Positions 57,310-64,000 of a stretch of DNA of 64,000 bases are shown piece by piece. The DNA is from a virus (lineage: Duplodnaviria > Caudoviricetes), in IMG/VR virus record IMGVR_UViG_3300020576_006644, positions 32,001 through 96,000 of that record; one strand, given 5' to 3'. Numbering within the stretch: position 1 is the first letter of the stretch; each line of letters begins with the position of its first letter. Below the pieces are notes generated by a model. That model had not been told where the DNA came from, searched no databases, and saw only the letters and a program-made list of their open reading frames with translations. The position numbers and the translations under genes were made by a program.

Positions 57310-58376
57310 CCGCCAGCAAGCGAGACCAGCGGGAGGAGCGGACCTTCGACAGGGCCGTGGAGCTGCTCGACACCTACCCAGGCGACTTCCCCGAGGTCAG
57401 GCGGCAGCTGCAGGCCGAGGTGCAGCGCATGCGAGGGAAGGCCGGCGAAGATCTCGACATCACCAGCGAGCAGCAGCTCAAGACTTGGTGGGAGCAGGGC
57501 CTTGTCCGCCAGGTCCGCCTGCGGGCCGTGGTCGCTCGCCCACCTATTAAGGAGACGATCGCCGACCGGCAGTTGACGGCCCGGGAGCGAACGAAGCAGC
57601 GAGTGCCGAGGACGTTCGACCGCGCTGCTGAGCTGCTCAAGCAGCAGCCAGGGCAGTTCGAGCGCGTGGCGGCGGCGCTCGGCGGCGAGCTCAAGGCCCG
57701 GGACCTGGAGCCGGTGGACGCCGAGCAGCTGCGAGCCTGGTGGGCGCGCGGGCTGCAGGAGCCGGACGGTGATGGGGGCTTCAGGCAGGTCCGGCCGCCT
57801 ATCAGCGACGAGGTGCAGAACCACATCGCCCTGCGCGAGGAGCAGGCGGACGCCGAGGCGCAGACCCTGCGGCGGCGGCTGAAGGCCGACGCGGCGCTCA
57901 ACGGGCTCAAGGCCATCGGCGTCCTGGCCATGGAGCAGGAGCAGATCCGGCGGCTGCGGGCGGAGATGACCGGCGCCGGCAACAAGGGGGTGGGTCTGGA
58001 CAAGGTGGCCCTGGCCCTCATGCGCGGCATCGCCGACGACCTGGAGGATGCGGAGCTCAGCCCCGAGAAGAAGTACGACTGGCTCATGCGAATACTCAAG
58101 CTGCAGCAGGCCCTCATGGCGGCGCAATCGAGCGTCATCACCACCGAGGCCCTCATCGGTGGCGGCGACCGGACCATGATCCTCGGTCTGTCGGTGGGCG
58201 GGATGCCGGTCGGCGGCGGCAAGGACGCCTCAAGCACAGGCAGCGACGGGGAGGCGATCTCCAGCGCGGACCTGCGGCAGCGGGCGCTGGAGGTGGCCAG
58301 CTACATGGAGGACCTGGACCGGCTGTCGCAGGGTATCGAGTCGGCGATCGAGGCGGAGGTGGCGGCGGAAGGCTAG
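57306..58376 (+). CDS. Possible terminase small subunit-like protein with tandem N-terminal repeat
   Basis: Duplicated RTFDRAxELL...QLxxWWxxGL unit, helical oligomerisation region, Gly-rich tail. Confidence 0.4.
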   Translation: MTASKRDQREERTFDRAVELLDTYPGDFPEVRRQLQAEVQRMRGKAGEDLDITSEQQLKTWWEQGLVRQVRLRAVVARPPIKETIADRQLTARERTKQRVPRTFDRAAELLKQQPGQFERVAAALGGELKARDLEPVDAEQLRAWWARGLQEPDGDGGFRQVRPPISDEVQNHIALREEQADAEAQTLRRRLKADAALNGLKAIGVLAMEQEQIRRLRAEMTGAGNKGVGLDKVALALMRGIADDLEDAELSPEKKYDWLMRILKLQQALMAAQSSVITTEALIGGGDRTMILGLSVGGMPVGGGKDASSTGSDGEAISSADLRQRALEVASYMEDLDRLSQGIESAIEAEVAAEG

Positions 58377-58594
58377 TTCTCGAAACCGAGCGCCTTGCGG
58401 ATCTTGCGCTTTGTGGACTCGGGCGGGGTCGGCTTACCCTTGTCCCAGCTGGCCTTGGTCCCGACCGGAGATCCTTTCGGGGCCGCTTCGATCTCGATGT
58501 ACTGCTTCTTGGCCTTGTCTTCGTTGGGTTTCTCCGCATGGACCAGAGGTAGGAGGGAAAGCAGGAGTGCGTAGACGATGATCGTTTTTTGCAT
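58373..58594 (-). CDS. Small secreted protein
   Basis: MQKTIIVYALLLSLLPLVHA signal peptide; preceded by SOS-like box. Confidence 0.6.
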   Translation of the reverse strand: MQKTIIVYALLLSLLPLVHAEKPNEDKAKKQYIEIEAAPKGSPVGTKASWDKGKPTPPESTKRKIRKALGFEN

Positions 58595-58697
58595 GGTGTG
58601 ATCCTTTCGCAAAATACATCACCCGATCTGCGTGCTGCTGGCAATCCTGAACATCCGTCTTTAGGCCGCCGGGGCGGCGCCGCCCTATCCTCGTGGC

Positions 58698-59024
58698 ATG
58701 CCGGTCTTCCAAGCGTACGTAGATGTGTCCGACGATGCCTACCCCACCGACCCGCAGGTGGTCATACCATTCACGCCCGACAGCTTCCTCTTTATTAACC
58801 AGGGAGGGAGCGACGACGGGGCGGATACCCCGAGCGTGGTGCAGATCGCCTTCGACTCGGTGCGCAGGCACCCGGACAGCAGCCTTGTCGACGACTGCAG
58901 CGTGGACGTGAGCGGCCCGGGGCAGTCGCTGGCCGTCAACGAGCGGGCGACGCGGGTGTTCCTGCGCAACGTCGACAGCGGGGCCGGTACCACCATCAAG
59001 ATCATCGCGAACAAGGCCAAGTAG
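58698..59024 (+). CDS. Putative structural protein
   Basis: Beta-rich 108-aa ORF, apparently leaderless. Confidence 0.55.
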   Translation: MPVFQAYVDVSDDAYPTDPQVVIPFTPDSFLFINQGGSDDGADTPSVVQIAFDSVRRHPDSSLVDDCSVDVSGPGQSLAVNERATRVFLRNVDSGAGTTIKIIANKAK

Positions 59025-59594
59025 ATGGCGGGCCTAGCAGAAATAGGCGGTGGTGGCGTTCCGGCGACGGGCTCCACCGTGGTGCTCGCCGGAGATGCGG
59101 TGGGGAACTCCGCCTCGAATACGGTGGTGAGGATCCGCAACAACCCGGTGGGGGCCGGCGTCCTTGGACCGGGAGATGCGGGGAAGTTCCTGCGCTGGGA
59201 CGGGGTGGAGTGGGCCGCCGCGGCCGTGGCCATCCCCGGCTTGACTGTGACCGGGGAGCTGGCCGCGCTCACCGCGCCGAACACGTTCGTGTCCCGGCTG
59301 GCTGCTGGACTTACCGCACACGACGGTACCGAGGCCAGCGCCGCCGCGCTCCTCGGCGGCGGGATGTGCGTGGTAGGGGGTGCGGCAGCGGCGACCGTTG
59401 AGTACTACCCGCCGGGCCGGCTCGCTCCGGTGGGCGCGACGGGCTGGACCCAGGATGTGCCGCTGTTTCCCAACGCTGTCGGCGGGATGGTCCCGCGCGG
59501 CGACGCCACGCTGACGGGGATCTTCAGCCGCGAGTGCGGCGTCTACGACGGGGTTTATCTGGCGGTGTCTATCGGCCAGGTGGAGGGATTTTGA
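59025..59594 (+). CDS. Putative tail-associated protein
   Basis: LAGDAVG..NTVVRIR, GKFLRWDGVEW fibre-type motifs. Confidence 0.6.
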   Translation: MAGLAEIGGGGVPATGSTVVLAGDAVGNSASNTVVRIRNNPVGAGVLGPGDAGKFLRWDGVEWAAAAVAIPGLTVTGELAALTAPNTFVSRLAAGLTAHDGTEASAAALLGGGMCVVGGAAAATVEYYPPGRLAPVGATGWTQDVPLFPNAVGGMVPRGDATLTGIFSRECGVYDGVYLAVSIGQVEGF

Positions 59595-60799
59595 TGAAAA
59601 AGCTGTTTCTAGTCGCAGCCGCCGCACTGTTCGCACTCGCTGCACCCGCAGGTGGTCAAACCATCGTGCGCTGCCGCACCTCGGGCGGCTCCGCGATCGA
59701 CTGCACGGCACCCCTCGGCAATTCCTATGTCAACTGGGCCTCCCCAGGCGCTATCGGCAGCGTGACGCCGGCGGCGGTCACAGCGACCACGTTCACAGGC
59801 AGCGGGTCCGGGCTGACCAGCGTTCCGGCTGCCTCCGTCACGGGGTCGCTGTTCGGCGTCACGATCAACTGCAGCAGCAACACCTGCAGCAACATCGCCA
59901 ACGCCTCCCTGACAAACAGCTCGATCACGCTCAGCTGCACCGGCTTGTCGGGGTGCGGGACCGTGGCGCTCGGGGCGACCATCTCGCCGGCGGTCGTCTA
60001 CGGGACCGGGAGCAACACGGCGACGCAGGGAAACGACACGCGGCTGCCTCCTGCGCCAACGGCCGCGAACAAGCTGCTTTATGATACCGGTAGCGCCTAC
60101 GCTGAGACTGCGGCCTGCAGCTCGGCCAGCACGGTCTTGGTGGGTGGGTCTCCTCCTGCCTGCGCCGCCGTCCCAGATGCAGCGCTGTCAGCAAACATCG
60201 TCACGCTGACGGGCTCGCAGATTCTCACAAACAAGACCCTGAACTGCGCTAACAACACATGCACGGTGCGGCTCGGTTCAGATGTGAGCGGCACGCTGCC
60301 GAAGGCAAACGGCGGATTCGGCCAGAGCGTCGCCTCAGGGCTTACTTTCGGGCAAGGCGTTTACGTTGACTCGTCCGGCGTACTGCAAATTGGGAATGTT
60401 CCCTTCGAGTTCGATCTCTCCTTCTACGGAGGAACCACAACCAATGAGTATGCTATCTATCCCGGCAACGGGACAACGGTTCAGCTGTCCGCGGTCGGCA
60501 CCCCGCTGTTTCAGTCCGTGGCGGCAGGAACCTGCTTTCTGCTGACCGCTCAGTCGGACACGCCGAGTAGCGGAACCGTCACCTACCGCCTTCGTAAGTC
60601 CACAAACAAAGGTGGGTCATGGAGCGACCTTTCGACCTCTGTGACCTGCAGCTACACCAACGGAACCACGACTTGCAGTGACACGACCAACCTCGGGGTT
60701 ATCGCTGCTGGCGATTGGATCCAACCCACGGTGCAATGGACCGTCTCGAATGGGCTTGGGTACTTCGGGGGGGTGCGGTTCAAATGTCGCTACAACTGA
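59594..60799 (+). CDS. Tail-fibre-like Ser/Thr/Gly/Cys-rich protein with N-terminal signal-like peptide
   Basis: TATTFTGSGSGLT, IANASLTNSSITL, TATQGNDTRL, VTLTGSQILTNKTL, VSGTLPKANGG repeats. Confidence 0.65.
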   Translation: MKKLFLVAAAALFALAAPAGGQTIVRCRTSGGSAIDCTAPLGNSYVNWASPGAIGSVTPAAVTATTFTGSGSGLTSVPAASVTGSLFGVTINCSSNTCSNIANASLTNSSITLSCTGLSGCGTVALGATISPAVVYGTGSNTATQGNDTRLPPAPTAANKLLYDTGSAYAETAACSSASTVLVGGSPPACAAVPDAALSANIVTLTGSQILTNKTLNCANNTCTVRLGSDVSGTLPKANGGFGQSVASGLTFGQGVYVDSSGVLQIGNVPFEFDLSFYGGTTTNEYAIYPGNGTTVQLSAVGTPLFQSVAAGTCFLLTAQSDTPSSGTVTYRLRKSTNKGGSWSDLSTSVTCSYTNGTTTCSDTTNLGVIAAGDWIQPTVQWTVSNGLGYFGGVRFKCRYN

Positions 60800-61365
60800 C
60801 AGTGCGCGTATCTGCGATCGTTTCATTGCTCGCAGGATGCGGAATTTACGCCCCAGACACGCTTGACGGCAGCCCGCGGTGGAGCCTTGATCGGCCCTTC
60901 TTCATCGACGTGTCCTCGACTATGCCGAAGGCGCAGTTAGTGCTGGATGGCATGCGCCGGGCCATTGGCCACGCCGGTGGCACCACCACGGTGGACGAGG
61001 GTTCCGTCCAGGTCATCACGTTGATCGACACCGACGGATCGTACTGCCAAAAGAAGGGCGTCGAGGCATTCGCCGCGCTCCCGGCGAGCGGCAAGATCTA
61101 CTTCTGTCACAGCTCGCTCGTCCTATCGAGCTATACCATCCACGAACTGGACGACATTACCACCCATGAGCTTGGGCACGTCCTGGCCAACCGCGGCTTT
61201 CACTTGGGCGGAGAGCCCGATCCGGGCGACTGCCCGTCGCACGCGATCATGGCCTCAAATCGCACCTGTCGCACTTCGGTCGAATACACCTCCGAGGATC
61301 GTGACTACATCTGCAACTCGCACAATGTCACCGGGGGAATTTGCAACCCTGGGAGGTCTACATAA
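60784..61365 (+). CDS. Zincin metallopeptidase lipoprotein
   Basis: LLAGC lipobox; TTHELGHVL..H; AIM Met-turn. Confidence 0.75.
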   Translation: MSLQLTVRVSAIVSLLAGCGIYAPDTLDGSPRWSLDRPFFIDVSSTMPKAQLVLDGMRRAIGHAGGTTTVDEGSVQVITLIDTDGSYCQKKGVEAFAALPASGKIYFCHSSLVLSSYTIHELDDITTHELGHVLANRGFHLGGEPDPGDCPSHAIMASNRTCRTSVEYTSEDRDYICNSHNVTGGICNPGRST

Positions 61366-61530
61366 GCCAGCCCTGACTGCGGGGACAGCTGGTCCCGCTT
61401 CCAGGACTTCGACATCGACACCACCTCCGGCTACACGGGCCTTGCCCAGAACGGCGGCCTCACCGTGTTCGCCGACCGCGCCGGGGAGTCCGAGATCTGG
61501 GGCTACCCGGTGAAAGGACCCCCGCTGTGA
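61366..61530 (+). pseudogene. Start-less 3' remnant of an Asp-box (BNR) repeat protein
   Basis: Open frame ASPDCGDSWSRFQ...WGYPVKGPPL*; SxDxGxSW Asp-box; strong GC3 coding bias; stop overlaps the next start. Confidence 0.5.
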
Positions 61531-61940
61531 ACCTCACCGAGCTGTTCAACTTCCTCTCGAACCTCAACCCCTGGTCGGTCCTGGGCCTGGCCATCGTGTG
61601 CGCCACCTACGCCTACACCCAGCGCTCGCGCGAGCGGCACCACGACAAGCGGCTGGCGTTCATCGCCCACCCAGGCCGGACCCCGGAGCAGCTGGCGGCC
61701 CTGGCTGGCTACCCGCTCCCGCCACCGATCAAGGAGCCGTCCAGCGGCAAGCTCGCCGCCCTCATGCTGCTCCTGTTCACCTCGGCCTTGGCCTACCGCG
61801 CTGGTGAGGGGGTGGTGCTGGCGCGGCTGCAGCAGGCGGTGCCGACTGGCCTCTTTGCCCAGAAGAAGGCTCCGATCGGCGACTTTCAAGCCGACCTTCG
61901 GCCGGACGGTTTGCCGGTCGGCACGCTGGTTAGCAGGTAG
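61527..61940 (+). CDS. Two-TM membrane protein (holin-like?)
   Basis: Two hydrophobic helices; follows tail genes. Confidence 0.5.
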   Translation: MNLTELFNFLSNLNPWSVLGLAIVCATYAYTQRSRERHHDKRLAFIAHPGRTPEQLAALAGYPLPPPIKEPSSGKLAALMLLLFTSALAYRAGEGVVLARLQQAVPTGLFAQKKAPIGDFQADLRPDGLPVGTLVSR

Positions 61941-62101
61941 ATCCGTGTGTTCAAGCAACGCGGAATGCGTAAAGCCTGCCGTATGTAGGAATGGTGTGTG
62001 TCAGACGGTAGCGGTGGAAGCGGAAGCAGACGCGGTAAAGCCTGATCCTTTGGTGTGCGAGGATCAGGCGTCGATTAAGACCGCCGATCGTGAAATTGGT
62101 C

Positions 62102-62805
62102 TTACCAGAGCTGATTTATAATCGCTTCCACAGACGATCTTTTCATACCTAAACCACCACAATCAAGAATGTAGTCAAACTGCGCCATCGCGCGGCCTAC
62201 GTCTCCTTTTTTGTTCCACACGTCAATAATGCGTTTACCTAATTCGTCGCAACTAAATCCGTTAGGATGCGACGCGAGCATGCAAAAATCGGCGCTGTCA
62301 GGATGTTTGAAGTACAGCGCGTGCGTGTCTGCTTCCTTTAGAACTCGCACCTGAAATGATCCGTTGACGTGCTCTTTTAGGCGAAGTACCTCATGGTTAT
62401 TAGAAGGAAGAATAGATCCGCCTACATTCGCTTTTGCCATAGTCCTAAGCCTTTCCTACCAGCTGAGCCGCTTCGCCTAGCTTGATTATCGCGTTCGTGA
62501 AGCCTAGCTTCATCTCCGGACCAAAACCAGCGGTTATCACGTCCTCACGCGCATCCGCCATCGCTCGCTCAGCATCCTGAACTAGGCGCAGCGCCTTAGC
62601 TCGCTTGCGGTCTATGCGGAGGACTAGAGCTCTCTGTTCTTTAGGTGTGAGCATGGTTAAGCTAGCGCTTTTTATTAGCTTGGCTGTACTTCTTAACCAT
62701 CGCTACGATAAAATCGTTTTCTTCTTTGGTAAGCGACTTTTTGGCGTCAGCCACGCGCTTAGACCAAGAATCTTCTTTGACCAGCTTGGTTTTCTTGTTC
62801 GCCAT
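62102..62805 (-). CDS. Three small minus-strand genes (62102-62440, 62445-62654, 62662-62805)
   Basis: Tightly packed ORFs; the third reads MANKKTKLVKEDSWSKRV... Confidence 0.65.
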
Positions 62806-62820
62806 GATGTCCAAACAACC

Positions 62821-62838
62821 TAGCACGCATCATGCCAG
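62821..62838 (-). promoter_or_regulatory. sigma54-like promoter
   Basis: CTGGCATG-ATGC-GTGCT with GG-N10-GC spacing, 15 nt before ATG 62805. Confidence 0.55.
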
Positions 62839-62938
62839 ATCCTAAAGTCCGCAAAGATCAAGGACTTCATCTAGTGTAGCCTGCGCAGATCCACAGTTTT
62901 CTGATACGCAACCTCAGTTTCCTAGAATCACGTCGCTG

Positions 62939-62955
62939 GTCAAATACCGTGCCAA
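62939..62955 (-). promoter_or_regulatory. sigma54-like promoter
   Basis: TTGGCACG-GTAT-TTGA. Confidence 0.5.
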
Positions 62956-63078
62956 CTTTTACACTCGGAAGTTAGGTAACTGAAACTGCGTTCAGTAGTC
63001 TCAGAAAACTGAGGATTAGCCGGTTCGTAAATGGTTGAACCTTTTGTCTAGCCGTCGGTGAGCTTGTGAAGACGTGTG

Positions 63079-63095
63079 TTGGCACGATGTCTGCT
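63079..63095 (+). promoter_or_regulatory. sigma54-like promoter
   Basis: TTGGCACG-ATGT-CTGCT, 16 nt before ATG 63112. Confidence 0.65.
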
Positions 63096-63111
63096 ATGTT
63101 GTTTGGTCATC

Positions 63112-64000
63112 ATGGCAAAGTCGCTCACACCACTAGAAGTAGAACAGATCATAAGCGGTACCTGGCGCTATCGGCAAGCCGCAAGCGAGGAAGCGCTTAA
63201 GGTGCGCCGCGAAGCGATGGCCAAGCATGAGGCACGCTTCAGTAAACTAGAGCAATTCAAGGCTTTAAGCAAGCAACGGCGTGAGGAAGTTGTGAGCGTG
63301 TTTCGCCAGACTTGCCTAGGTTGGCGCACGCCGATCGGTTACAGCGTAAACGGTAAGGTTGACCAAGCTGTCACTAGGTTGTGTGCGCAGGCTGCTAAAG
63401 GTTGGAAGTAGCATCATGACCGCCATACGTAAAACCGGCCTAGTCCACTTCTACCGCATCATAGGTACACCTACGGTAGTCGCGGAAGTCCTAGAGCCTG
63501 GCGACCTAGCCAGCACGCACAGCAGCGTTACCACGGTGAACGGCAAGTGGTACGGTACGCTAGGTACGCGTGTACTTCCGAAGGAAGTGGATGTACTGCC
63601 GTACGGTAACGAGCGCCTTGACGCTGTGATGGCTCACAGAATAAAACAAGCGGATTTTATCCGCAAGGCGCTGGCTCAGTTAGTAGATGAGGTAGCCGAG
63701 CATTTTCAACGGACTACAGCGGTATTTGATGGATACCGTTACGAGTGGTCAGACCAGATCTTCGCGGACTTCCTGTCAAGCCGCGACTCGTCGGCTAACT
63801 ACCTTCCTGTTGAGTGGACAGAGTACAAGGAGTAGTCAACATGGCAACGGTTCACACAGTCGTTTACTTCGACGAGTCGCGCGGTAGCGGTCCGGCCGGC
63901 GACTGCTCGCACACTGCGCGGTTTACCAAGATCAAGCGAGCGCAGGACTTTGCCAAAGGTAAGTTCCTGTATGGTCAGCCTGCGACCGTTGACACGGACT
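63112..64000 (+). CDS. Plus-strand genes 63112-63411, 63416-63835 and partial 63841->64000
   Basis: ORFs in series; AAGGAG RBS before 63841. Confidence 0.65.

Larger units (their letters stand above)
937..58662. repeat. Dispersed 22-bp motif CTGAACRAACGTYCAGGATTGC (LexA/SOS box + -35-like TTGC)
   Basis: Copies at 937, 4559, 12198, 16602, 23455, 27437, 32361, 43344, 43949, 46963, 52527, 58641 (minus) and 32807, 40621, 47596, 53039, 55711 (plus); each points toward a downstream gene start. Confidence 0.88.
1..64000. mobile_element. Segment of a large myxobacterial bacteriophage genome
   Basis: Dense operons of short ORFs with ATGA/GTGA overlaps; phage-type replication set (PolA, primase, DnaB, SSB, SbcCD), homing endonucleases and tail-like genes; no ribosomal or other core host genes. 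Confidence 0.93.

Noticed and set aside
937-58662. Dispersed 22-mer as CRISPR repeats, attC sites or sigma54 promoters
   Set aside because: Copies are kilobases apart with no spacers or cas genes, there is no attC-length hairpin or integrase, and the spacing does not fit GG-N10-GC.
1-64000. Stop-codon reassignment
   Set aside because: Core genes are intact in code 11 and TAG, TGA and TAA are all used as stops.

Overview
64 kb of a large, GC-rich dsDNA bacteriophage (or phage-plasmid/prophage) whose host is very probably a myxobacterium (Myxococcota). Host evidence: a CdbA/TIGR04563-like RHH protein, a myxobacterial-type LexA DNA-binding domain, Myxococcus-type SOS boxes, sigma54-like promoters and myxobacterial-style lipoproteins. 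Layout: tail/structural genes with antisense lipoproteins (1-2.9 kb); a minus-strand replication/recombination arm (SbcCD, HNH, DUF2303, SSB, UvsY-like, UDG-PolA, primase, DnaB, RecQ, methyltransferases, a second very divergent PolA-fold protein; 3-32 kb); a non-coding strand switch (32.3-32.9 kb); a J-domain-pseudokinase/vWA/PurA-like operon; a POT peptide transporter; SF2 helicase, truncated LexA, RNA ligase, two ParB-like proteins and a PAPS-reductase-like protein; then terminase-small-like and tail-like genes. Two standout observations. (1) From 61861 to the window end (~2.1 kb) the sequence contains no GGG/CCC trinucleotide, is CTAG-rich and carries sigma54-like promoters, which suggests a zone kept free of a modification or recognition motif. 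(2) About 17 SOS-box-like 22-mers sit beside putative -35 elements throughout the window, and the phage encodes a LexA lacking the self-cleaving domain. No integrase, capsid or large terminase is visible. All assignments are motif-based by eye; no database searches were run.
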